Origin: an uncultured Planctomycetaceae bacterium | Lineage (GTDB): Bacteria > Planctomycetota > Planctomycetia > Isosphaerales > Isosphaeraceae | Reading direction: 5' to 3' | Assembly (NCBI GenBank): GCA_963833985.1 | Contig: CAWIAD010000002.1 | Span: forward strand, 4,864,001 to 4,928,000 | Length of the DNA: 64,000 nucleotides | In this document: piece after piece, positions 40,755 through 50,871 of the stretch | How the letters are laid out: each line of letters starts with the position of its first letter | Numbering within the stretch: the stretch's first letter is position 1 | The notes under the pieces: generated by a model | What the model was told of the DNA's origin: nothing | The model's database searches: none | Seen by the model: only the letters and a program-made list of their open reading frames with translations | Translations under genes and position numbers: made by a program

Positions 40755-42350
40755 ATGTCCGTCAAGATCAGCAATATCCGTCTGGACATCGACGATCCCG
40801 AAGAGACCCTGCCGGACCACGCCGCCCGCCGCCTGGGCGTCGACCGCCAGGCCGTCGCGCGGTGGAGAATCCTGCGCAAGAGTCTCGACGCCCGCCGCCA
40901 CGACGACCTGCACTTCGTCTACGCGATGGAAGTGGATGTCCCCGAGCTGGCCTCCAGGCCGATGGGCCAGGGATCGAACCCGGATGTCCGGGATTTCGTG
41001 CCGGACCGGTTCTGGTGGCCGGATCCCGGCAAGCAGCCGCTGGCACACCGGCCTGTGATCGTCGGCGCCGGACCGGCCGGGCTGATCGCCGGCTACCTGC
41101 TGGCCAGCGACGGCTATCGCCCGCTGATCCTGGAACGCGGGCGGGCCATCAAGGACCGCGTGGCGGACGTGCGCCGTTTCGATGCCGGTGGATCCCTCGA
41201 TCCCGAGAGTCACTACCTGTTCGGAGAGGGCGGCGCAGGGACCTTCAGCGACGGCAAGCTCACGTCCCGTAACTCCGGCCCGGACGTGCAGCGGATCCTC
41301 GAGATCCTGGCGGAATGCCATGGTAAGCCGTCCATCGTGTATGAACACCGGCCGCACCTGGGCTCCAACCGCCTGCCGCTGGTCGTACGGACCCTGCGCC
41401 GCAAGTTCGAGGAACGGGGTGGTGAGATCCGCTTTTCCTGCCGGGTCGAGGACCTGGAGATCCACAATGGCCGGCTCATGGGACTGTCCACCAGCTCGGG
41501 CCACATCCCGGCCCAGGTGGCGATTCTTGCCATTGGCCACAGCGCCCGTGATACCTACGGCATGCTGCTGCGCCGCGGCGTTCCCATGGAGGCCAAGCCT
41601 TTTCAGCTTGGCGTCCGGATCGAGCAGCCCCAGCAGCAGATCGATTCGGCGTGCTACGCGGACCGGGCCGGACACCCCGCCCTGGGAGCCGCCGATTATG
41701 CACTGTCGGTGCGTACGGGAACCGGCGATCTGTTCACCTTCTGCATGTGTGCCGGGGGATACGTGATGCCCAGCGTCAGCGAACCCGGCTACTTCTGCAC
41801 CAACGGACAGAGCGAGAGCCGGCACGACTCACCATTTGCCAACAGCGGCCTGGTCGTCACCATCGACCCCGCCTTGACGGGGAGCTCTCATCCCCTTGCC
41901 GGCATTCATTTTCAGCAGCGCTACGAGCGGCTTGCGTATCTCATCGGCGGCCGCAGCTACGCCGCGCCAATCCAGTGGGTGAGCGACTTTCTGCGCACCG
42001 TCTCCAGCCGCGGCGAACTTCCCTCGAGTTACTGCCGGGGGACCCTGGCCACCGATCTGGCCGGGCTCTTGCCGGAGCAAGTCATCGCAGCGCTTGTGCA
42101 AGGCTTGCCCATCATGAACCGGCGATTCGGCGGGATGTTCCTCAAGGAGGCCACGCTGACAGGCCCCGAGGCCCGCGGCAGCTCGCCGGTGCGGATCCTG
42201 CGTGATTCCGCCAGCCGCCAGAGCCCCGTCGCCAGCGGCCTTTACCCTTGCGGAGAAGGCGCTGGGTTCGCCGGTGGAATCATCAGCGCCGCGGTCGACG
42301 GTCTGCGGACAGCTCGGTCCATCGTCGCCACCTATGCGCCGTGTGCTTGA
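40755..42350 (+). CDS. FAD-dependent oxidoreductase (COG2509-like)
   Basis: VGAGPAGL, FGEGGAGTFSDGKL, TFCMCAGG, YPCGEGAGFAGGIISAAVDG. Confidence 0.92.
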   Translation: MSVKISNIRLDIDDPEETLPDHAARRLGVDRQAVARWRILRKSLDARRHDDLHFVYAMEVDVPELASRPMGQGSNPDVRDFVPDRFWWPDPGKQPLAHRPVIVGAGPAGLIAGYLLASDGYRPLILERGRAIKDRVADVRRFDAGGSLDPESHYLFGEGGAGTFSDGKLTSRNSGPDVQRILEILAECHGKPSIVYEHRPHLGSNRLPLVVRTLRRKFEERGGEIRFSCRVEDLEIHNGRLMGLSTSSGHIPAQVAILAIGHSARDTYGMLLRRGVPMEAKPFQLGVRIEQPQQQIDSACYADRAGHPALGAADYALSVRTGTGDLFTFCMCAGGYVMPSVSEPGYFCTNGQSESRHDSPFANSGLVVTIDPALTGSSHPLAGIHFQQRYERLAYLIGGRSYAAPIQWVSDFLRTVSSRGELPSSYCRGTLATDLAGLLPEQVIAALVQGLPIMNRRFGGMFLKEATLTGPEARGSSPVRILRDSASRQSPVASGLYPCGEGAGFAGGIISAAVDGLRTARSIVATYAPCA

Positions 42351-42639
42351 GCCGCGACGCTTATTCATGCCATCGAAACCCTCCACCTGGTGCCACCTCT
42401 CATCCCTCACGATCACGATCCTGCGTGTGCTCAAAGCGTCGATTAAAGCCGCCTAATGTTAAGGTAATGCAGCACAACGTTAATCATTCCTCAGCTTGGT
42501 TCCTTCCTTGCAGGGCATTCCCGTCAACTTGTTGAATTTGGCGAACATAGTTTTTTTTCATTGGACGGGCGACGAGTGCCCTTCCTAGCATGAGTGTCGA
42601 GAAGCGGGTCTGAGGGTCCGGCAAACCGGAGTGATCCTG

Positions 42640-43392
42640 ATGATCATCCAGTGTCCGAGCTGCCGGTTTTCCGGCCGGATCCCAAGCTATGCTCTCGACA
42701 GCCCGCACGTCGCCAAGTGCCCGAAATGTCACTATCGGTTCGAGTTGCTCGGTGAGCCCGCGATCGGCATGCACGCCCAGCCAGAGCTGCATACCGACCC
42801 GGGGTCTTCCTCGTATGAGTTGAAGGCTATTACCGAGGTTCCCGAGGCATACGGCGATGAAGAAGATCAGGATCTCTGGGAAAATCAGGAGAGCCCCGCG
42901 GATGCAGGTCATGACTCCAAGCCGGCCCTGACCACCCCCTCCCGTGCTTCCTCAACCGATGCATGGCCAGCGCCGGAGTCCATTCCTCGGATCTCCTGGC
43001 ACACCCAGGCCGACCCCTGGTACTGTCGCGTGCTTCAGATTTGGGGCGTGGTTTTTCTCTTCTGGGCGGGGGTCATCGTCGCGCATAGTTTGTTCATCTC
43101 GCTTGGATCCGAGGTCGTGCGGGACGGCCATGCCGGGATCCTCTCGAGCGTCGTCTCCGTGTTGCTCCTGGTTCCTGGTGCCGCAGCGTTGTTCCTCCTG
43201 GTCGACCTGAGCCGCTACATCCGCGGGCTTTTGCCCACGTTGCCGCAGGCAGTCGCACAGCCCTCCCCGCCGACGGCATCGCTCGCGAGCGCACCGCCCG
43301 GTCGCCTCTGGAGCCGCATCCTCCATCCCGGGCCTCAGCCGGGCGCGGAATTCAAGGTGGCTCAGCTTCCTGCCGAGTCGACGGCGGTCTGA
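42640..43392 (+). CDS. Zinc-ribbon membrane protein
   Basis: N-terminal CPSC..CPKC, acidic linker, two TM helices. Confidence 0.75.
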   Translation: MIIQCPSCRFSGRIPSYALDSPHVAKCPKCHYRFELLGEPAIGMHAQPELHTDPGSSSYELKAITEVPEAYGDEEDQDLWENQESPADAGHDSKPALTTPSRASSTDAWPAPESIPRISWHTQADPWYCRVLQIWGVVFLFWAGVIVAHSLFISLGSEVVRDGHAGILSSVVSVLLLVPGAAALFLLVDLSRYIRGLLPTLPQAVAQPSPPTASLASAPPGRLWSRILHPGPQPGAEFKVAQLPAESTAV

Positions 43393-43533
43393 CACCGTGG
43401 CAGCCTCAGCACGAAAGAGCCCAGGGTGCTGGCCGGCCGCATGCTTCCATCCTTCCCTTCCACCCGAATCGTCTCGGCGTTGACGCACCAGCCGCACCGC
43501 CGTACGATCTGCGGGCAGGAAGGAACGGGAACC

Positions 43534-44514
43534 ATGGATGCGGTTCAGGTCGTCGGTGCTGGAGGTATTGGCTGCGCCATCGGATACTCGCTGCGGTCCG
43601 CCGGCGTGCCCGTGCGTTTCGTGGAGGCCAATCCCCGCAAGATCCTGGCCGGGCTGCGTCACGGGGTGCAGATTCAAGGCCATCCGCCAACCGACGCCGG
43701 GTTTGTGACGTTTGACTCGTGGATTCCACCGGCTGGCGCCACGGTTCTCCTGTGCACCAAGGCGTTCGACAACGGAGCCGTGCTGGCAAGGCTCCCCGCC
43801 GGTGTCTGTCTGGTTCCCATCCAGAACGGGTTCGACCCGCTGCTTGAAAGGCACGAGCACCAACTTGAAGGGATCGCCTCCTTCGTCTCGGAGTGCCACC
43901 CGCACCGCCCCTGCACGCGGATCACCCGCGCCGGCTGTCTCCATCTCGGCTGGCGGTCCATCACGGCGGCGCCGCGCGACCGCCCCGAATGGATGGACAG
44001 GCTGGCAGGTACACGGTTCTTCCGCCTATTCGAGGTGCCGGCGATCGGACCATACAAGCACACGAAGCTGATGTACAACTCCGCGATCTCGCCACTGTGC
44101 GCCATGACCGGCGTTGACAATGGCACGCTGCTGTCGCTGCCCTCAGCGCGCAGGCTGTTCTTTGCACTGCTGCAAGAGAACCAGCGAATCCTGGCGGCGG
44201 CCGGGGTCGTGCTCGGAAGGCTCGGCCCCTTCCCTCCCGCGGCGGTGGCCGCGATTCTGAAGCACCGATGGCTGGCCAACCCACTGGCCCGCGCGCTGGA
44301 GCCCTCGCTGCGCGGCACCTATTGCTCGATGGCCGGAGAGATCGAGAAGGGCCGCACCGAGATCGAATACTATAACGGGCATTTGCTGCACCTGGCCCGG
44401 CAGAACGGCACGCCTTGCCCGCTCAACCAGGCTGTTTATGACGTGGTGGTCCGGATGAGCAACGAACGGGCGCGGCCATCTCCGGCCGCCTGGCGCCGGC
44501 TGGCCGCGGCATGA
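43534..44514 (+). CDS. Ketopantoate reductase (PanE/ApbA) family protein
   Basis: VGAGGIG, LCTKAFD, IQNG, KLMYNSAISPL, SMAGEIEKGRTEIEYYNG. Confidence 0.85.
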   Translation: MDAVQVVGAGGIGCAIGYSLRSAGVPVRFVEANPRKILAGLRHGVQIQGHPPTDAGFVTFDSWIPPAGATVLLCTKAFDNGAVLARLPAGVCLVPIQNGFDPLLERHEHQLEGIASFVSECHPHRPCTRITRAGCLHLGWRSITAAPRDRPEWMDRLAGTRFFRLFEVPAIGPYKHTKLMYNSAISPLCAMTGVDNGTLLSLPSARRLFFALLQENQRILAAAGVVLGRLGPFPPAAVAAILKHRWLANPLARALEPSLRGTYCSMAGEIEKGRTEIEYYNGHLLHLARQNGTPCPLNQAVYDVVVRMSNERARPSPAAWRRLAAA

Positions 44515-44571
44515 CGCCCTGAAGTCGCTCGCGATCGCATCCATTCGAGCGGGAAGCCAGCCGCGTCAGGC

Positions 44572-47500
44572 TCACACCGTTTCGGGTGCCGATTCGATCT
44601 CTTCCGGACTTCCCGAAGGCTCTGCGCCATTTCCGTTTCCGTCGCGGACTGGTTCCCTGGCGGGCTCCGGCGCAGGCTCGGTTTCAGGTTCCCGCACCGG
44701 TCCGGGCCGGGCCTGGAAGCGGCGGCTGACCTCCTCGAGCCAGGCGTGGTCGGGCAGGCCGTAGGGCCGGAACTTCTCGATCTTGTTCTCTTCCTCGCTG
44801 AAGAAGAGGGCCCGGTTGGGGCCGAGCTTGCCGGCGGCCGGCGAATCGATGAGCGAGCTGCTATCGTTCGCGCTCATCTGGAAGAGCACCCGGATCTCGA
44901 ACTCCTTGAGTGCCTGGCGATCGAACGTGCGGTTCAGGTTGTTCACGCTGTCGCACCAGACCAGGGTATGGACGGCCACCGAGGGGCCATCCTTGAGGAT
45001 GGTCGCGAACGACTTCGACGGTGAGGCCGGCTTGTCCTCACCGAAGCTGGACGAGAAGCCGAAGTCGTCGTCGCCCTTGCGGATGTCGCGGAAGCGCTGG
45101 ATGTCGTAGATGAGCAGGTAGATCGGGGCCAGAGTCTCGGTATCCTCGTCCCTCCGCCGCTCCACGTCGGCGGCAATCTCACCCATGACCTTGCCGAGCT
45201 CGCGGGCGGAGACGGTCTTGACCGGGTGCGGGAGGTACCGCTCGAGCTTGCCCAGCTCGCCGGAAAGTGAAGAGTCCACCGGGCTGCCGTCCAGCAGGTA
45301 AAGCCGCAGGCCTCCCTTGCTGCGCGGGGGGTGCTGTGCGGCCACGCTCAACCCCGCCATCATCAGCATGGCCAGGGCGGCCTCGTCGTTCTGGCCGATG
45401 ATCAGGAGGTTGCTGCCGCTCTGCGGGCGGAAGACGGCGGAAGTCGGATCCTTGATCGCGATCGCGTCGCCCAGCCAGGCCTGCTCGAACCGGGGGAGTG
45501 TCGCGGGCCACTCGGCGCATCCAGCAGCGCGTTCAGGAGCGGGTTCTTGCTGGCGATCGCCGGCAGGTTCCCTTCGAACACGATGGGCGTCGCCGGCGGC
45601 CGGTTCTGGGCGCGGGCCAGGTCTTGCATGTCCCTGAGGTATTCTTCGCGCCGCTCGTCGGAGAGCCAGACCACCTGGAACAGGTTGTTCCCCTCGATCA
45701 TGCCGTTGGCGTCGTTGTAGATCGCCTCGCCAGGCCGTGTCAGCAACCGGGCCGCGGTATTGTCCTCGCTGAGGATCAGGTGCGCGTCGGCCTCGCTGCA
45801 CTGTAGTGCGATGCGTACGGCCATCTGGCCGAGCGTGGCCCTGGCCAGCGAGTACGCTCCGCCCAGGGTTTGCGAGCCCAGGTTGACGTGGATGCCGAAG
45901 GCCCGGCCTTGCCGAACCAGCCGGTCCAGCAACAGCGAGACTTCCTGCGAGATCTTGTCGTCCTCGACGAAGAACTCCTGGAACTCATCGACGATGAAGA
46001 GGATCCGCGGCATCGGCGTGTCGGGCCGGGCGTCGCGAAACCCCTTGAGGTCTTGCACGCCCACCTCGCGATACAGATCGCCGCGCCGTTTCAGTTCCAG
46101 GTCCAGGCGCTGGAGCACGCTGAGCCCGAACTCGCGCTCGCTCTCGACGGCGATGACCTTGGCGTGGGGCAGCTCGAAGGCCGCATAGACCTTGAACTCG
46201 ACGCCCTTCTTGAAGTCGATCAGGTAGAGCTCAAGATCGTCGGGGCTGTACCGCAGCGCCGAGTTGACTATCAGGGCATGCAGCAGGGTCGACTTGCCCG
46301 AGCCCGTCTTGCCGGCGATCAGCACGTGCTGGCTGGTTCCCTTGCCGAGGGTCAACGATTGCAGCTTGGTGGCGCCGGCCCGGCCCAGGGGGACGTCCAC
46401 GCCGCTCCGGCTGTCGCTGGCCCAGTACGCGTCTCGAGGCGGAGCGATGAAGTCGAACGGCACCTCCACGCGGTTGGCGTCGCGTGCTTTCTCGCCCACC
46501 AGGTGGAGGATCTGCGAAAAGGTTCCAGCGCCGGGCGGGGTGTCGAGCACCAGCGGGAAGCGGCCGAAGTGGCTGTCGCGCCATTGCAGCCGGTTCTCCT
46601 TCCAGTTGATGTTCACGCAGAAGGATTCCAGGTCCTTGAGCTGGCAACCGGCGGGCAAGGGGAGCTTGGTGTCCAGCGAGATGAGTGCGTACACTCCGCA
46701 CCGCGCTCCGGTGCTGACAATACTCATGAGCCGGCGCGCGGCCGACTCGTTGAAGCTGGTCGGGAAGTTGGCCACCACCAGCACCCGGAACGGCTCGGCG
46801 ACCTCGCCGGCGAAGGCGTTGTATTCCTCGATGGTCTCGAACTCGTTGCGCAGGTATTTCTGGATGACGTTCTCCATGTGCGCCTGGAGATCCGTGAGAC
46901 GCTGGTCGAAGTGGGGCGTTTCCGTCCAGATGCGGCTGGTGACCAGCAGCTCGTGGTAATCGGCCAGGTGCATGAACGCGGCGAAGTTCTCACCCAGTCC
47001 CACCGGGTCGAAGATGGTGAAGCGGACCTTGCCGGGGGGCACCGAGGTGAGGAACCGCAGCATCAAGGCCTGAAGCAGCTTCACGGCCTCGGGCTTGCCG
47101 GATTCGGCCGTCTTGATGAGCACAGAGGACTGGATGGGGAAGGGAATGAGGGCGGGGAGGTTCAGTTGCGTGGGACCGGCGTCCTTGAGGCGCGGATCGA
47201 CGGGCACGCCGCCCTGGAAATCGCCAAGCTCGATCTTGAACCGTCCGAAGGGGAGCGCCGGAGGCACCTCCGCGGGAGGGTTCCAGGCCTCCAGCGGCGT
47301 GCCGTTCCAGTCCAGGTAGCGGCGTGCCGATTCGTCGTTGACCTCGCCGGCCAGCCCGCCCACGCGGGCCAGACCCTCGGTCCAGGTGCGGATAAGCTTC
47401 TCCCAGGTCTGATCGTAGAGCTCCTTGGTCGCCTGGGTGGTCTTGCGGTGGTTCTCCTGAAGCTGGCGCGTGTCGCGCTCGTACGTCTCATCGAGCGCCT

Positions 47501-48644
47501 TGATGCGCGGCGGATACTCCTCGTCCACGCGTTTCAGCTCGGCATCGCGGCGTGCCGCAAGGTCGGTCATCCGGGCGGGATACCTCGCGTCGGCTTCCTG
47601 GCGGTCACGCTGCTGCCGTGCTTCGGCCTCGGCCAGCTTGCGTGCCAGCGTCTCGTCGGCTTTCTTCACTTCGCGTTCGCGGTTCTGTTCCGAGTCGCGC
47701 TGGCGGCGCTCGAATTCCGCCTTCACCCACTCCGCGGTCTCCGCGAGCAGGCGTTCGGCGTTCTCGAGCGCCCGCAGCAGGGGGTAGTAATGCAGGGCGA
47801 CCTTCGGCCGGGCCAGGCTGGCAAGACCGAAATAGCAGCCCGCGGCCAGCGCCACGGTGAGGAGCGCACCGGCAATCGCTCCCCCGGTCCAGCCGATCGT
47901 CAGCCCCAACCCGACGATGGCCCCAGCTCCCAGGGCCAGGAACGGCCAGACGAAGTTCTGAAGCTGGAGGAAGCCGGGTGTCTTCAATCGTTCCAGCGCC
48001 AGCAGCTCGTCGTCGGCGCGCTTGATGGCCTGCTGGAGCGTCGTCACCTGCGACATCTCGCCGGGATCGGTGGCGTCGGGATCGGTGGCCGCGGTCGTCA
48101 CGGCGACCACCGGAGGCGTCTGCGCCGAGGCTGCCGGCTCAACGCCGGCGAGCTTCTTGCAACGCGCCAGGACCGGCCGCGCCATCTCCTTGAGGTTCTC
48201 GTAGTCCGCGCGGCTGGCGGCCAGCATCTCCTCGTCGCGCTTCCGCGACTTGACCGTTCCGTCACGCGCCGCCTCGTACATCGCCAGCGCCTGCCAGCGC
48301 GCGTCCTCGTGCGTTTTCTTCGCCCGGTTGCGGTCCGACTTGGCCTGGGCGTCGATCTTCTGCTTGACCTGTGAGTACTCGGCCTGCGTCGCCTGGTTGT
48401 CACGCTCGAACGTCTGCACGATGGTGGCGCGCGCCTGCTGGTACTCCACCTCCAGCGCCGCCTTCTCCGACTTGAAGCGCGCCGCGCGCTGCCTGGACGC
48501 GTTCCGGAAGTCGTGCTCCTCGCGCTCGCGACGGCGATGAAAGACCAGCTCGGTCTCGGTCTCACCCTTGGCGCGTTCGGCGATGAGGGCTTCCAGGTCG
48601 GTCAGGGCAGCAATCTCTTTTTGAACCAGCGGTGATTCAGGCAT
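44572..48644 (-). CDS. Membrane-anchored FtsK/SpoIIIE (EssC/EccC-like) ATPase, about 1357 aa, frameshifted near 45514
   Basis: Coiled coils around a TM hairpin, then three RecA-like repeats. The middle repeat has HVLIAGKTGSGKS, IDFKKGVEF, IVDEFQE and GRAFGIH. ORFs 45402-48644 and 44572-45801 join with one base (LLDA.EWPATLP). Confidence 0.9.
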
Positions 48645-48689
48645 CTTGGGCGCAGTCCCGGTTTCATGTGAAAGGCAAAGTTGGCCGCG

Positions 48690-48905
48690 TCAGTCACTTT
48701 CCTGGCACTGGCGGCGGATCTTACCCAGCGTCTCGGAGAGCTTGTCCATTCCCACGATCGTGTGCTTGACCAGGTGGTCCACCGGATCGAGGTGGTGCTT
48801 CTCGAAGTCCTGAGCGACCTTGTCGGCCCAGGATTCGCGGGCGATATCCCACTTCTCGCGGAGATCTTTCAGTGCGTGCTGTAACCGCGCGGAATGTGCG
48901 CTCAT
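48690..48905 (-). CDS. Small WXG100-like helical protein (W-x-D)
   Basis: 71 aa helix-turn-helix pattern with ESWADKVAQDF. Its start overlaps the upstream stop (ATGA at 48902-48905). Confidence 0.75.
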   Translation of the reverse strand: MSAHSARLQHALKDLREKWDIARESWADKVAQDFEKHHLDPVDHLVKHTIVGMDKLSETLGKIRRQCQESD

Positions 48906-49639
48906 GCCTTCTGCTCCTGGCCCCTGGGCGGCTCCTTCAAAGATGCGGGATCTGCCATGGCGGATGCCGTTTCAGCCGCCACGGCCGCGTGTTCTTGCGA
49001 ATCCTGCAACGCCTCTGTCTCTCCCTCTCCCTGGGCAGGGTCCGTTGCGATCGGCCCGCTCGCCGGGCTGGCCGCATCCGGGCCGCCAGCACGGGCCGCG
49101 GCCGACGATCCGGCCGAGCCAGACTCTCCAGACCCATCCAGCCGAGGAGCAGCGGGCGCCTGCAACGCCAGGTAGGATTCGAGAGAATCGATCATCTTCG
49201 CCAGGCTCCCCAGCGACTTGTCCACACCCCCGGACAGATGATCAGCCAGCGGCGTGGCGCGCGAAGTATACTCGGACATGGCGTGGTGGAAGATCGGGAT
49301 CAGCTTTTTGACCGCCTCCACTTTCTCCTCCGCAACTCGCAGCTTGCGCTGCGCCTCGCGGAGGGCCTCCTTCTGCTCCGTATCGGAGATCGCGTCACTG
49401 CCTTGCTGGGAGATCCTGCGGCGCGAGAGCTCGGTCCGCGCGGTCATCATCGCTTCGTGCCGGCGCTTCACCTGCATCTGCCAGTATGAGAGCTGGTCGC
49501 GCTCCAGCCAGTCGCGCATTCGCTTCAGTTCCATGTCCACCCCACCCAGCGCATTGCGCGCCTCCTCGGTGAAGGTGACCAGCGCCACCCGGAAGTCTTT
49601 CAAAGCCTGGACCGAAAGGACTTTCGCGGAATCGGCCAT
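48902..49639 (-). CDS. Coiled-coil protein with a WXG100-like N-terminus
   Basis: 245 aa from MADSAKVLSVQALKDFRVALVTF, long amphipathic helices, low-complexity acidic tail. Confidence 0.8.
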   Translation of the reverse strand: MADSAKVLSVQALKDFRVALVTFTEEARNALGGVDMELKRMRDWLERDQLSYWQMQVKRRHEAMMTARTELSRRRISQQGSDAISDTEQKEALREAQRKLRVAEEKVEAVKKLIPIFHHAMSEYTSRATPLADHLSGGVDKSLGSLAKMIDSLESYLALQAPAAPRLDGSGESGSAGSSAAARAGGPDAASPASGPIATDPAQGEGETEALQDSQEHAAVAAETASAMADPASLKEPPRGQEQKA

Positions 49640-49780
49640 GGAGTGGACCCTCCGTCGGTGGCCAGTATTCATTGAGCAGCGGTAAACTGTCCCACCCGCG
49701 GTTCCGGCGTCTTCGCCGACGCCCTGGGTTTGCGGCCCGCAGTTCGCCGCCCACGGCTCGCCACGCGCCAACTTGTCGAA

Positions 49781-50053
49781 TCATCGCTGCTGCAAGTACT
49801 CGTCCGCCCGGTCCGCCTTGCGCATCAGGAAAGGGATATGCTGGTTGGTGGCATCGACAAAACGCTTGACGACCTGCATGGTCTGCTCGAATTCCTCGAC
49901 GAACTTGTCATGCTCGCGGTCGCGCCAGCTCTGGCCCAGGCCGGAAACCTGGCCGTGGAGCACGGTCAACTGGTTCATCAGGTCGTTGTTGAACTGCTTG
50001 AGCCGCGCAGCGAACCGGCGGATTTCTTCCGGATTCACAATGGCCTGTGCCAT
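49781..50053 (-). CDS. WXG100 family (Esx-like) protein, W-R-D variant
   Basis: 90 aa: MAQAIVNPEEIRRFAARLKQF..GLGQSWRDREHDKFVEEF..FLMRKADRADEY. Length, central Trp and helical hairpin fit the family. Confidence 0.88.
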   Translation of the reverse strand: MAQAIVNPEEIRRFAARLKQFNNDLMNQLTVLHGQVSGLGQSWRDREHDKFVEEFEQTMQVVKRFVDATNQHIPFLMRKADRADEYLQQR

Positions 50054-50335
50054 GCCATGCCTCTTTCCGGGACGAGTACCAAATCGAAGAGTGACTGCCT
50101 CGCAACAATCGCGCGATCGCGCAGCTCGGTGCAGCAGACCGCGCAATGCCAAAGATTTGACGTCTCTTATGTTATACGGACCAAAACGTACTGTAAAGCC
50201 ACCGATAGAACTGAGCGACGGGGCGCGAACTTCAGGCTCCCCTTTTGGCGTGCGCTTCGCTTGCCGGTGAGAACCGGATAACATCTCTGGGTGCACGCGA
50301 GCCGTCGCGGCCGCCGGATCGAAAGAGGTTATTTC

Positions 50336-50842
50336 ATGCGTCAGCTTTACATCCTGCGGCATGGCATCGCGGTGCCTCACGGAACGCCCGGGGTTGAGGA
50401 AGATCAGCGGCCGCTCACGCCCAAGGGAGTTAAACGCATCAAGGAAGTCGGCCGCGCCCTGGCGATGCTCGGTCTGGAGCTCGACCTCATCGTCACCAGC
50501 CCCCTGCCCCGCGCACGCAGGACTGCGCAGATCGTGGCCCAGGAACTGAACCTCGTGGATCGATTGGAAACCTCCGCGGTCCTCAGCGCGGACTCTGATT
50601 GCCAGGCCATCCGCGACTGGCTGGCCGGCCTGGGCGCTGAGCGGGTCATGATCGTGGGCCACAATCCTTCGCTCGGCGAACTGGTCGGGCTGCTGCTCCT
50701 GGGCGAGCCCGGGAAGCTGCCCTTCGACCTCAAGAAAGGCGCCGTCGCGGCGCTCTCCGCCACACCGAGGACCGGTTCGTTGTACCAGCTCGACTGGACG
50801 GCTCCCCCCGCAATGCTTCGCCTGCTGCGCAAGCGGAAATAA
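50336..50842 (+). CDS. sixA: Phosphohistidine phosphatase SixA
   Basis: LYILRHG, RPLTPKG, TSPLPRARRTA, MIVGHNPSL, LKKGAV. GAGG RBS present. Confidence 0.92.
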   Translation: MRQLYILRHGIAVPHGTPGVEEDQRPLTPKGVKRIKEVGRALAMLGLELDLIVTSPLPRARRTAQIVAQELNLVDRLETSAVLSADSDCQAIRDWLAGLGAERVMIVGHNPSLGELVGLLLLGEPGKLPFDLKKGAVAALSATPRTGSLYQLDWTAPPAMLRLLRKRK

Positions 50843-50871
50843 CCCCAGCAACGGGGCGGCACGAAAGCTCT

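Noticed and set aside
45870..48374. 834 aa plus-strand ORF, and similar long ORFs at 51446-53791, 60797-62797 and 13684-15297
   Set aside because: They are antisense shadows of well-supported genes in high-GC DNA.
44572..48644. Chromosome-segregation FtsK or a conjugative coupling protein
   Set aside because: It has three tandem RecA-like domains, no gamma domain, WXG100 neighbours, and no relaxase or T4SS genes nearby.
49781..50851. 356 aa ORF ending in the WXG100 sequence
   Set aside because: The extension is antisense to sixA and crosses the intergenic region. The credible start is ATG 50053, giving 90 aa.
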